Assembly: GCA_905178155.1 (NCBI GenBank)
Contig: CAJINV010000003.1
Coordinates: forward strand, 5,153,700 to 5,217,699
Length of the DNA: 64,000 nucleotides
Reading direction: 5' to 3'
DNA from: Amoebophrya sp. A120
Lineage: Eukaryota > Protista > Dinoflagellata
Positions 27,411-39,600 of the stretch are shown piece by piece (position 1 is the first letter of the stretch; each line of letters opens with the position of its first letter). Both the position numbers and the translations under genes were made by a program. The notes beneath the pieces were generated by a model. It was given only the letters and a program-made list of their open reading frames with translations. It did no database searches and was not told the origin of the DNA.

Positions 27411-30400
27411 ATGGGTAACCACATCAGTACCCTCTGTCCGACGGACCACTTGTATCAAGACCGGAACTTTTCCACCAAGTTCGAGGTCGATGAGTCGGCG
27501 GCGATCGGGGCCGGGAAGTTTTCCGAGGTGTACCTGTGCTGGCGAAAGGAAAAGCCGGAGAGCCGGTACGCGGTGAAAGTGCTAAATATCCGCAACGAGG
27601 ACCACCAGAGCGTGGAGCGAATCTATGAGGAGGTGCGCATCATGCAAGTGCTCGGCCGGCACCCGGGCCTGGTGCAACTGATTGATTTCGACGACACCTC
27701 GCCGGCAAGCCTACGCGTGGTGTTGGAACTCTGCGAGGGCGGGGAGCTCTACGACCGCATTCAGCAGCGCACCTTCTACCCCGAGAAGGACGCAATTCAG
27801 TTGGTCACAAACCTGTTGGAGGCGGTCGCCTACATCCACGCGAAAGGCATTATGCACCGAGACTTGAAGCCAGAAAACATTCTGCTGCTCTCCAAGGCGT
27901 CGCACACAGACATCAAGATCAGCGACTTCGGCCTCGCGAAAGCCAGTATTTTTTCCATTGCCAATTTCATCTTTGCTACATTTTGATTCGAGAAGGTTGA
28001 CTGGGGGGGAGGTAAAGAAAAATCCAGTAGCGTCGTGATTGGGGCAAAACCACTTGTAAAACAAGTGGCGTAGTAGCACCGTGATTCAGCTATTTCATGC
28101 GCGCCATTTCAGATGGTTGCGGGAACGCAACCCCGACGGTATGCTGGGTTCCCGGGCTGTCGTTTTTGTGCAACGCCAAAATCTTGCCAGAAACCACAAT
28201 CACAACCCTTCCCCCGATGGTACAGGCTCGCTTAAGAGGTCGAAGCCGGATAATTGACCGAGTCGGCCACACCGGACGAATCACCGAAGTCCGCGGATTT
28301 GGGTGCTCTCGGCGTTCTCGTGTTCTCGCGTGCCCGCTTTTGGCGGCTAATCCGCACGCTACGGCCTCCGAGAACAGAGCTAGAGCAGTGCTCTCGCTCT
28401 GTTCTCGCGTGCCCGCTTTTGGCCGCTAATCCGCACGCTACTCGCCCGTATTGGGACGTCGGGCTGGAGCGAGTCACACCGGGCGACGTCCTGCCGGAGT
28501 TGACGCCGAGCACGGCGCCGGCGATGCCGGCACGAACCGGGTGCGGGTTGTGGCTGGACCCGGCCAAGAAGTGCCTCGCGTGTGGCACCCGGCTGCCGAC
28601 TGATGGAACCACCCCGATCACGGCGCTCGTCTATGACGGGGCGAACTGGCGCGCAATCAATACGCGGCGCAGGCTCCCAAGCCCGGCAGAGACGACGCGG
28701 CCGAGAACAACAAACCCAGCGGCCCGGTTATTGTTTGCCTTGCTTGCCTTGCTTGCCTTGCTTGCCTTGCTTGCCTTGCTTGCCTTGCTTGCCTTGCTTG
28801 CCTTGCTTGCCTTGCTTGCCTTGCTTGCCTTGCTTGCCTTGCTTGCCTTGCTTGCCTTGCTTGCCTTGCTTGCCTTGCTTGCCTTGCTTGCCTTGCTTGC
28901 CTTGCTTGCCTTGCTTGCCTTGCTTGCCTTGCTTGCCTTGCTTGCCTTGCTTGCCTTGCTTGCCTTGCTTGCCTTGCTTGCCTTGCTTGCCTTGCTTGCC
29001 TTGCTTGCCTTGCTTGCAATGCCTTTCTTGCTTGCCCTTCTTGCTTGCCCTTCTTGCTTGCCCTTCTTGCTTGCCCTTCTTGCTTGCCCTTCTTGCTTGC
29101 CTTTCTTGCTTGCCTTGCCTTGCCTTGCGAAATATTCGCGGCCCGCCATCTTCGTTGCTTCGGTTTTGCCGTCTCCCGGGCTTGTCTGTCATTTTGACCC
29201 GTTCGACACGCCCCCACGGCCGAAAGCAGTGCAGCAATCGGAAATGCAGGGGCACGCGTCGGCCAGGGTTTTATACGCAAAACGGCGAACGCTACAGCAC
29301 GACGACGCCGGAGCGTTTCCATTACGGGCCGGACGCGAAGGCGTTCGCTCGGTGACAAAAGCGCATCATCCTCGTGGCGGAGTGCTGCGGGTTCGCGCTG
29401 GGATACGCAAAGCAGTTGTGCCGCCGCATCCTCCGGACTAAGTGCAACAGCCAGGCGGAGGCGCGCGCCATCGAATTGGCCTCGTGCCCACATCTCGACC
29501 CGCTGACGCTCCGCAGTTACCTGAGCAGTCTTTTCTTCCTCTCCTGCTCGTGGAAAGATAAAGACCAAAGCCCAAGACCCGATACCAAGCGACCGCCCGC
29601 GGCGCGGGTCAGTGAGCGCGGACTTTCGCCGAGTCTTCTGCGCCGCGAATGACGCCCCCGGTTTCAGGCAAGACAAGCCGCGGCGCTTGAGTTGCCTGCC
29701 AGAGGCAGCGCCAACCACGGGCGGACTGCCTCCATTCCGAAAACAGGAAGCGCGACGCTTCCGCTCTTGCCAGGTAAGGCCCAGATCGCGCCGCGCCGCC
29801 GTGATTCACTTTTTACCTCCCAGCACTCAGCGGCCTCTTTGATTAAGTATGTTGTTTGTGTCTTTCTAGCGTTGTTTAGTGTTACTACAACTGCAAGCAA
29901 AAGTACGAATGGATTTATGCTGTGCACAACTTCACCCATTCTGGTCTTACAGGTCGAGACTTCCCTCGGAAACTGCCGCGATCGAATTCGATATGCGGCA
30001 GTGACTTCTATCTCGCACCAGAGGTTATTAAGCAGGAGGAATACGGACGAGAAATTGACGTTTGGTCCATCGGCATCGTGACCTACGTGCTCCTCTCTGG
30101 CTCCCTGCCATTCTTTCACCAAGTTCTGCACAAACTGTATAATTCCACACTACGTCGAGAATAATGAATGTCTTCTTCTGTTTAGTGTGTTTCCTTGAGC
30201 AAAAAGAAGCAAGATGCAGAAAAACGTGAATGCAAAACGCACTCTTGCAGTCCGATAAACACTCAGACGAATTCATATCGAATACATCCATTACAGGTAC
30301 AGACAAATCGTGGAGCGCGACATTAATTTCCCAACCGCCGCATGGTCAAATGTCTCCACCGGCGCACAGGACTTTATTCTGCGCTTGTTGCAGATCCGCC

Positions 30401-30510
30401 CGGGGGATCGTTTGACGGCTGAAGGGGCGCTAAATCATCCATGGCTCCGCCGACAAACGCAATCTTTCTGTGTCGGACAGCAAACGATGGCACAACAGTA
30501 TCGGTTTTGA
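27411..30510 (+). CDS. CaMK-group Ser/Thr protein kinase; exons 27411-27945, 29953-30136, 30297-30510
   Basis: [63 protein letters not shown]; MGNHIS start; first intron is 2007 nt because of an insertion. Confidence 0.92.
28321..28441 (+). repeat. 42-bp near-perfect direct duplication
   Basis: TGTTCTCGCGTGCCCGCTTTTGGC(G/C)GCTAATCCGCACGCTAC at 28321-28362 and 28400-28441. Confidence 0.9.
28735..29128. repeat. Compound tandem repeat: (TTGCCTTGC) x ~31, then 13-mer (GCCYTTCTTGCTT) x7, then (GCCTT) x3
   Basis: Read directly: perfect 9-mer 28735-29017, 13-mer 29021-29111, 5-mer to about 29128. Confidence 0.97.
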
Positions 30511-30891
30511 AAGCAATCAGGCGATTTGTTGTCAAACATCGATTGGCGGGGAATCTTATTTATGTGGTGTTCGGAGTGGGGCTGTATTTTTTTCTCTCTC
30601 GTTTCTTTTTTGTAGAATTCCTTTTGTTTCCCGAACCGGATCAGCAACTGACAAAAGATCACATGCCCGCTTGACTGCCCTTTTTCCGCTTTTTTTGAAT
30701 ATCGGATTTGTTTCATCGAATTCGATTCGTTGCGTTTTGTTCTGCATTTTCATTTGAATTTCTATACTCTCTGCTTTCAAAAAGGCGCAGGATGATGAGG
30801 CGTTTTTGATGCGTGGCCGCGGAACAAAGTGCTAGAATGAGCCGCTATTGAGGCTCGTCGGCGTACTACACCGGCGTCGACGCACGCCAGA

Positions 30892-33800
30892 ATGCTTTCC
30901 GTGCGCAGGTCAACGTCTGCGACCGCGGTGTGCCTGTCTCTCCTGGCAACCCTACACGAAAGTGGTCGCAGCGCGAATGCCCTCCTGGGAGCATCAAGCT
31001 CTGGAGGACGTGCCGCACGGTCTACTGCCAGAGCAGGTAGGACAACATTTCAGCGTCGGCAGGCAGTAGAGCCATCAACATCGCCGCCGACTGTGGCACC
31101 TGCTCCTACCGAGGCGGAGCTCACAGATGACGTCGATTACGCACGAGATGCACCGTCGTCAGCCGAAGCTTACCACAGGGCGGTTGCGCCCCCAGACGGC
31201 CGCATGTCGCTGTCTCCGCAAGATGCTGCGCGGGCAGCACAGACCGACGACGCTCTGGACCACCATCATGTTTCCGCGGACTTCGATCCCGCGTCGTCTT
31301 TCGTGGGTGCTACCTGTGCGCAGATCTGCAGCGAGCAGTGTATCCCAAAAACGGTTGGAGAGGTACATTTCCATCTAGCGCAAATAAAAGTTGTTGTAAA
31401 ATACTTGAATACAGTTACAGCTTCCTGTTTCTCTTTCTGTCTTTCGTATGCCTGAACCGGTCTACTACTTTCAAGTAACTATTGCAAGTACGCCCGTTCT
31501 TCCCGTTGTTGCCAAGAACTACAACTATTTCTGAAGGAAGTGGCGTCGCTGAGTTTATATACGGCTTGCAGTGGCGAGTCCCTGCTCCTGTGATGTATGT
31601 TTCTAACTACTTTATATCCGAACGCGTTTCTTTCACGGCCAAACCTTCGTCCCTCGTGGAAACCAAAATAAATTTCCAAAACAGGAGTTCACTGACTTTG
31701 CGGGCGTTGTGGGGCACAAGCTGAGTTCGCTGATTCCCGACAGCTTGGAGAAGGGCGTTGAGGCAGTGGGAGACTATGTTACAGACGTCGGTAAGGCTTT
31801 AGCGGCCCAGAAGCGGTCCTTTCTGCAGCGGTCCGCAAGGACGACAACTACAACCTCTGAGATTCTAAAAACAAAAAATCACTCATCTGACTGTCAAGCG
31901 AGATGCGAGACGCTGGTGGACCGGTGCAGCGACCTGATGGACAGCTCCGACCGGATCCCGGAGCGTGCGGAAGATGTTGCGGTGGACCCCGCCGTGATGC
32001 GGTGCCAGGACATGGCGAAGCTGCAGTTTATCGCGAAGCACGGCAACGTGAAGTACTCGACCAAATTCGGCGTGCCGCCGACGTTTTCTCAGCTTGCCTC
32101 GCTGACGGAACCGATGGACCAGATCACCGAGGCGGACCTGCGCACGCTCTCGGTGTGCGCGGACGGCGGCGACGACGCGAGCCTCAACCTCGGCGGGTCC
32201 TTGCAGCTGCTCGACTGCATGGTGGCGGAGGCAAATGCGTACGCGCACCAGATCCAGCGCGCGGTGGCGTCCGCGCCGCGGAAAAATGCGACCAAGATTG
32301 CGTCCGAAGCGATGCTGGCGCCGCCGAAAACGATGAAGGAGGACCTGTTTTTCGTGAACGACGTCCGCTGCTACCAGAGCAAGTGCGGGCCGAAGTTCGC
32401 GCAAACCACGGTGAAAACGTGCGAAAAAGACGGGGTGTGCAGCACCGACTTCGGGCACCTGCTGTGGCAACTGGGCCTCCTGCACACGGAGTCGCCCATG
32501 ATGCGGGCGCGCAAGGAGATGGTGAAGCACCACGTGGCCGAGCAGGAGGACCGGCTGGACGAGTTTGCGGACAGTGCGGGCACCGTGGCGGACGCGGACC
32601 GGGATGGTAAGGACGACCTGGACGATCTAGATGAGGCCGGGTTGCTCGACGAGGAGGAGGGCGACAATGGCCGGCCCACCTCGTTGGCGAGCAGTCGGTC
32701 CGCTGCCGCCGTGCGCGACGAGCAGAAGCATGGAACAATAAAACCGGAGCCGCGGGGGCCCGGAGCGACGCTCCTGCAAGCGGAAGTAGACGAAACAGAC
32801 CCAGACCACCAACGCGCACTCAAAGATGCCGCAACAAGCTTTACCCCGGTACTAAGTGCGAAACGTTTTTTACGCTCACTCAGCAACTGTTTTACGTGTT
32901 GAACTGTCTAGCAAAAAATCAGAGCTCGGCTCTTGCCGAATATTATGTCACGGTCGCCTCTTAGGTGGCCTGCTTATGGTTATCTATGTACAACACGTCT
33001 CATGAACGGATGTGATTCTAATTGTGAATGTCAATCAAAATTACCAGCCCCCGTTTTGCCGCGCCCAGATGTGCGCTCCCTTCCCGTTGACGACTTTGAC
33101 GGAAGTGGGACTCGCAAAGCTGTTCAGCGCCATGCCCGGCGAGAAGTGTCCGGTGATGGAGAAGATCGCCGACTCGCACCCGCACGACTTGTACGACGGT
33201 ATGATCGACGAGCCCAAGGGCTCCATATCCGACGACATTGCGGAGAAGGTGCGGCAAAACGTCGCCGAGCAGGCGGAGCAGGCGAAAGAGGTGCCCCGGC
33301 CCAAGCCTTTGCCCACGACGAGACTGGATGCGGAGGACACGACAGCGTGGTCGACGAGCAGGCTCTTCCTCGACGGACACGCGGTGCTGGGAAACAACTC
33401 GCCGGGGGCCGCGCAGGTCGACCACCTCGTCGAGAGCGCGGCAGACTGGTACTCCATCCTGGAGGTTGTGGACCACCGAGGGCTTGCAACTTCTCGGGGT
33501 TTGCCCTCTCAACGGGCGGTGGAAAAAACTGATAGCAGCACGCACGCGGTGGAAGCCAGTGACGAGCAGCGGGAAGAACAAGAATTGGAAGGAGACAGTA
33601 TCGGCGACGAGGACACTGGCGCGAAGCTATCAGACGAAACGGACCAACGAGACGAGGAGGCCGAAGCTTCGGACATGGCAGAAAAAGCGAGCACAGGAGG
33701 CTCGGATAGTGCGGCGGACACTTCTTCGGAGATGAACATCGACGATGTAGGAGCCGACCAGGCGACGTCGGAGCTGGCGTCCGTCGGTCCGTCGGAAGCG

Positions 33801-34070
33801 ATGTCAGACGAAGAGGACCAGGACCAGGACCCAGCGAACACCCTTGCCGCGTCGCCAGAAATGCTCCCGTCCACCGATGTGGAAGACAATCTGGCAAACC
33901 AGATGGCAGACGTATTTGTCTTGGACGGGAAAGACGAGGTCGCCATGCGAAAGACGACACTGCTGCAAAAAGCACGCGCGAGCAAAAGCCACCAGGATCG
34001 CGCGGAAGACGACGATGATGACGAGGATTCTGGCATTCCGGGCACCGAAACGGAATTCTCTAACTACTGA
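30892..34070 (+). CDS. Unknown, probably secreted Cys-containing protein with acidic C-terminus; exons 30892-31362, 31685-32848, 33048-34070
   Basis: Three long ORFs joined in frame by two GT-AG introns; hydrophobic N-terminus (AVCLSLLATL); Cys clusters (CAQICSEQC, CQARCETLVDRC, CYQSKC). Confidence 0.75.
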
Positions 34071-35229
34071 ACAAGTATGGAGCTGCCAGGTTTGATGCTG
34101 GATCAAGTACTTTCTCACTACTAACACAAGTGTAGGTAGCGATTCTCGTCACGTCCTCGAATGCATCTTCGTGTATGCATGAACACCATCTCCTGGTGGA
34201 ACCACAGAGCCCTCGCGCCTGGCGCGTGCACGATTTTCATTTTACTATACATTGTTTTTTCCAGCTCCACCACTCTGTTTATCATGCAGCGTGGAAATCG
34301 AAATCAATTTCCAGGCCCGGATACAGTGAAAGACTTCCTATTCGAACTAAAAACAGAGTCACTTCTTTCCGGCGCTACCGAGCTACAGATTGCGACTTCT
34401 CTAGTTGTTCGAAGATGAATACGTTTTGTAACTCACAACTTGAGCGAAAATTTGAGCGGCTTGAGAGTTTTGGGGCGTTGACGGATTGGACTTTGTGCCG
34501 AGCTCTCTTTAATCTTGCGGACTAGGAGAGGAGTTGCGTTGCATTGAAAAACGAGTTTTGAAAATTCCCAAGAAATTTGAGTATCCCAAGCTCGCCATTT
34601 TTACCATGCTTCCCGTCATATTCAGACCCCCCAAGAGAGATAAAACATCAACTATCCCCTTTGCTAGAGTTATCAAGACCACCCCAAAAGCTACTACAAG
34701 AATCAATAACGAATGAGGAAGATGAGAGAAGATTTCGTTTTCGTGAACCTCGGTCGTACTTCTACTTGTTTCGAGTAAGCGCATACTTCAGTACATCAAG
34801 GGACACGACCGCGGTGAGATACTAGAGGCGACTGTCTTTTGTGTGGTCGCAACAACTTCTCGCTCTCGCCCAAAATCTGACGCACCAAAAATAGCAGCTC
34901 TCATTGGGACCGCGGCACAGTATTTCTCTCACTGTAGTTTTCGATTGGACCTCATGCGCACGAATACGAAAAAGGTACGCAATCTGCGCTTGGTTTTGCC
35001 GTCGCCGTGACCAGAGTGCCTGCACCTGCGATCGTTTTCTCCTGTCTTGTCGAGAAATGTCCCGCCTCGCCATGAATGGCCAACATTCTCCAAGCTACGG
35101 AAGCCCGACTCCAAGAAGCTGCGCCAGAGGACCTTAGTGAGGTGACCCCTTCATGATGAAGAGAAAACCTTGCAGTCGCTGGCGTTGTTTTCTTTGCTGG
35201 TAGCTGAAAGTGGACAATAATGACTAAAG

Positions 35230-36145
35230 ATGGGATGTTGTGTTTCCGATGCTAAGCACGCAGCCTCGGCATACGAAGCTACCGCGGACATCTACGATCT
35301 CAAACAAGCAGCTGCCTTGGAGAGTATTTTTTCAAGGATAAAATTCAAATTGCTATGTAATTACTAGTTTGCAAAAATCTCCTGCAGATAAGTAGCTAGT
35401 ATGTAACTCGCGCTTGCATGATCCTCTACAACGGTGCTGGCCAGGATAGACATCGAGACTTCGTTGAATATTATGAAAGAGCGTGCACCAAACATTGTCC
35501 TACAGGTGAGCTGACTGCTACCGGAGACGCGGTCTCTGACGGGCAAAGCTCGGTGAGTGCGAGTGGTGAGCGCTACCCGCCGCCGGACCGGCCTCTCGAT
35601 CCAGACATGGCGAAGGTTCGGCCGCTCTACGCATCGAAGATCGAGGGCAACAAGAGTAACACGATGCTGCTGCCAAATGGCACACACCGCTCGCCCCTGG
35701 ACAACGCCCACGGAGCTGCAGGGGGCACCTCCTCTGTGTCGCACGGTGACCTCCACCTGCAACAAGGCCAGCAGAACGCGTCCAGCAGCAGCACCACCGG
35801 AACGGATTCGCGAAGGCATAGCAGCTCGTCGAGCTCCTCCAGTTGCGCCGGGGGCCTGCAGCGATCACGCGTAAAGCAAGACCAGCAGCCACCACCGCCT
35901 GCCGCTAGCGATGCGGACCGCAAGAAGCGGTCCACGGTTCTGGAGCAAAAGCTTCGAGAGCAGTACTCGCAGATTCGCGACACGCCGTTCTGGCGACCCA
36001 AGGTACGTGACATAAGTATAAATATGCTGATCCAATAGAATAATCAGCAAGCCTAAGTGTGGTCCACATCGATATCTATGTCCACTGCACTTTTGCTATC
36101 TGAATAGAAGATCATCTTTTTATCATATCGTAGGCAGCACGATGA
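35230..36145 (+). CDS. Small putative dually acylated (MGCCVS) low-complexity protein; exons 35230-35323, 35506-36002, 36134-36145
   Basis: MGCC start; GT-AG introns in matching phase. The 3' end is uncertain and could instead connect to the downstream calpain. Confidence 0.55.
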
Positions 36146-36690
36146 AATTTTGGGTGCCAGCATCCTCAACGAACCGCTTGTGGTTCGATCATGTCGAGGC
36201 CTGGCTGGTGGTGGCTACATTACCAGCTGAAATTTACCTTTTGATGAATTTTATCGTATTTTATGTTGAACTGCAACAACTGCGCATGCATCGGAGCTGC
36301 TGTAGCGAGTTCTTCCTGACGCGATCAAACAACAGTCCGAAAAAGTGTTTTTGTGCCGCTGAAATTAGGCTATTGAACGATCTCCAGCGTCTGGTCCTCT
36401 CTGGAAAGCCAATTTCACTCTGCGCAGCTTCTTGGCCATAATGATAATGCTTATGCTTTTCTCGCTTGCCCATTGCGTGCCTTTGCAGCATCGTTGCTGG
36501 ATTTTTGTCAATAGATCACTTCAGCGACACAAAAACCAAAGCGACTAGATACCGCCACCAATGAATTGTTCTCGATTGGAGCAAGCCCAGCATGCCCTGG
36601 CCCAATAGAAAACTTTATGCGGCCCGCCCCGGAGTTGTGCGATTGCATTATGTAGTAGTAGAACAGTCTCGCTGACCCCGAATCCCCATC

Positions 36691-39600
36691 ATGTCGTGCC
36701 ACTCGTCGCCTTACAATCCTGTGGAGGAAGTGCCCCATCTGTCAGTGTCTGAGTTGCAGAAGTACCTGGATGAAAGAGGGTTGCCTTTCAAGGCGGAAGT
36801 AGCGCATTTCGACAGCACGCGGCATCTGATCAACGCAAAAGCTGCAAAACAGGTGCTACAGCAGAAGGACGAAAACGGGGAGAAAAACAAGAAAGTGATA
36901 GGTCTGACTCTCTCGAAACGGCAGCTGAACAAGTTCTACAAGTGGCAGCCCGTTGGGGGGAACCGCGCGCTGGAGGCCCAGACGACGAGCACTGCCGCCC
37001 CTGGCAGCAGTGGCCCCGACGACGGGCAGCCCAGCGGCGACTCCACCACCGCCGATAGTGGCGCGGGAGCTAGCAGCACGGACCGCAGCAAGAAGTTCTC
37101 CATCCTCAAGGTAGGCTCGAAAAGCCGGCCGATCAAGGAGGAGCACAAGACGGACCAGTACGGGTTTCTGCTGAAGCGCGCCCTCTCCTCCCGCCGCGTG
37201 AAGCAGGGCGCCGTCGGGGACTGCTCGTTTCTGGCCATCCTGAACTGCCTCGTGGACTTCGACGCCAGCTTCAACCACAACTACGAACTTTCCCCGAACA
37301 ACCGGGGCGGCAGCCGCAACGCGTTTCTGCGGAGCCTGTTCGTGGCTTTCATCCCGGAGAAGAACGTCATCCTGGTCAAGCTCTACATCGACTGCGAGTA
37401 CCGCTTAGTGCCGGTCACGCCGACCGTGCCCATTTCGCGCGAGGGAAAAATCCTCTGCGCACACTCCACCACGGCGACGGAGGTGTGGATATGCCTCCTG
37501 GAGAAAGCCTACGTCACCATAAGCGGTGGCAACTACGACTTTTTCGGAAAAGGTACTGTCTCTCGTACTGGTTGCAACTTCGACATCTCGTCCCGGCGAT
37601 GTCAAAGAAGTAGAAGTAGGAGTTAAGGTTGCCCATGGTTGTTGCAAGAATGATCAATCTAAACCATCGTTTTTAAGTAATGGTCATAAATATCCAGGCA
37701 GCAACCCGAATACGGACGGCTACCACCTGACTGGCTGGGTCCCGGAGACGCTTCCAATCAACTTTTTGATGCAGCAGATTTCCGTCGGGCAGTACGACGC
37801 GGAGGCCTCCAAAATATGGGACGCGATCCACAATGGCATGATGACCGGCCGCTGCGTGGTGTGTTTGGGCACGGGCAGGATAAAGGACGCCGTGGTGGAG
37901 CGAGGCAGCGACGATCCGGAGGGCGTGTCCGTGAAGTACGGGATTGTTCAGAACCACGCCTATTCCGTCTTGAAAGCGCACGTTCTCCCCAACAGCCCCT
38001 ACCACGGCACGCAGACCCCAACCAGGCTCCTCTACCTGAAAAACCCATGGGGCCGGTGTCAGTGGAAAGGTATCGACATTGATGTATCAAAATGGAAGTA
38101 GGAATTGGAGTAGTTGATGCAGTCGTGGTTCATCAGGTCCCTCGCGTTCTTTCAGCGTGAAAATGAATGCTATTGTCGTATCACGCAAGAAGGAGCCGAG
38201 AGACCTATACATCTCCTTGTTTCATCGCACATAATTCTGTCAGGGCGTTTCGGTCCGCGAGACCCGGTGTGGGAGACGTTAAACGAGGAATTTAAAAACG
38301 CCCACCTGCCTCCCGGGAACAACGGCACGGGGAAGACGGACGACGGCTATTTTTGGATGGAGTGGAAGGACGTATTGCAGTCAGGGACTTTTAGCCACAT
38401 TTACATTTTGTGGAACAAGGACCGGCTCATCAGGAAGAAGAAAATATCGCGCCTCAGCTACGAAGTCAGGTACGACGACGCCTTCAACTGCCTTGGCGGA
38501 AATCCGCAGTTTCTCTTGAACGCGAAAAAGGGCAAAAAGTACGTTTCGTTTTTTCACTGCTTTACCTTTGATTTGTTTTGATATCTTCACAACTTTGTCC
38601 TTATTTTTTGCGAATTACTTCGCGCGTCCAGTAGTTCTCCTGCAGCTGCTGCAGTATCTAAGTATCTACTTCCACCACAACAAAGGAAGAGAAACAGAAA
38701 AGTGCGACTTGTAGATTCGCCGCCAAGATCGTTCGGCTGCTGCGGTTTTTTGTGAACTTTGGTCCGACGGCCACGGCGAGCTAGTACTGTTTCTATTTTT
38801 GTTCAAACAGGTACTACTTCGTGGTCTCGCGCGTGAAGAATACGACCTTATCCAGTAGCTACATCGCCGCCCACGCATACAGACTGAGAGCGCCGCGGTT
38901 GCAAAAGCTCCCTCGAATACGAAGCTCCCGTGGGAGAATAGGCAGTTCCATTGAAACCAATAGTTCCAACAGCGACCTGAAAAAGCGACGAACGGACGAA
39001 GAGGGCGAGCACTGCTTCACGGCTGCCAGCTCTCCGAACAGCGACAGTCTTGCCGGCGCACCCGAAAAAATCGTCGAGGAGTCCTGCAGCGGTAAAGAAA
39101 AAACGATGCTTTTTCATGTCTTAACCGACAGGGATTTCTTCACACGAACATATGGACCTGTTATACTCAAACTCAACCTTTGACGTCATCAGGAAATCCG
39201 CATGTGGTCCTTGTGGTCGTGGACTCGAGATCCGATGATTGTTTTTGTTTCCGCCCAGTATCATGACTACAGTAGGGACAACGAACTGACACCCATAATT
39301 CGTCATAAAAAAAATCAAATCAGAAACCGCCTCCTGTGTGTCTCTTATGGAAGGCGTGCACCATCACGGTGATGAAGAGGTGGATAATTGTCTCTGTCCC
39401 GGCAGCGCCTACTTTGACAGCTCCGACCAGAACGAAGAGCCAGGATTTGTTTCCGATCAAGGAGTTGGCTCTTCTGAGCAGTACGCCGAAGGAGAGCACT
39501 GCACTGACGACCACTACTCCACGGATCCACCCGGTCTCGACGGGTACTTTAGCCACCAAGCATTCGCGCAGCCGCGACACCAGGGCAACACTGAGGCCGC

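Larger units (their letters stand above)
28089..29798. mobile_element. 1.7-kb GC-rich insertion in kinase intron 1, flanked by a 10-bp direct repeat; no TIR (possible non-LTR retroelement relic)
   Basis: CCGTGATTCA at 28079-28088 and 29799-29808; composition shifts from the AT-rich intron; contains tandem arrays and broken coding-like frames; ends in short CGCGC repeats. Confidence 0.7.

Noticed and set aside
28735-29128. CRISPR array or telomere
   Set aside because: No spacers, eukaryotic context, and the unit is not a TTTAGGG-type telomeric repeat.
28254-29718. Long ORFs with poly-LLA, PCL, ARQ, SKA and GKQ
   Set aside because: Artefacts of the stop-free 9-bp tandem repeat inside an intron.
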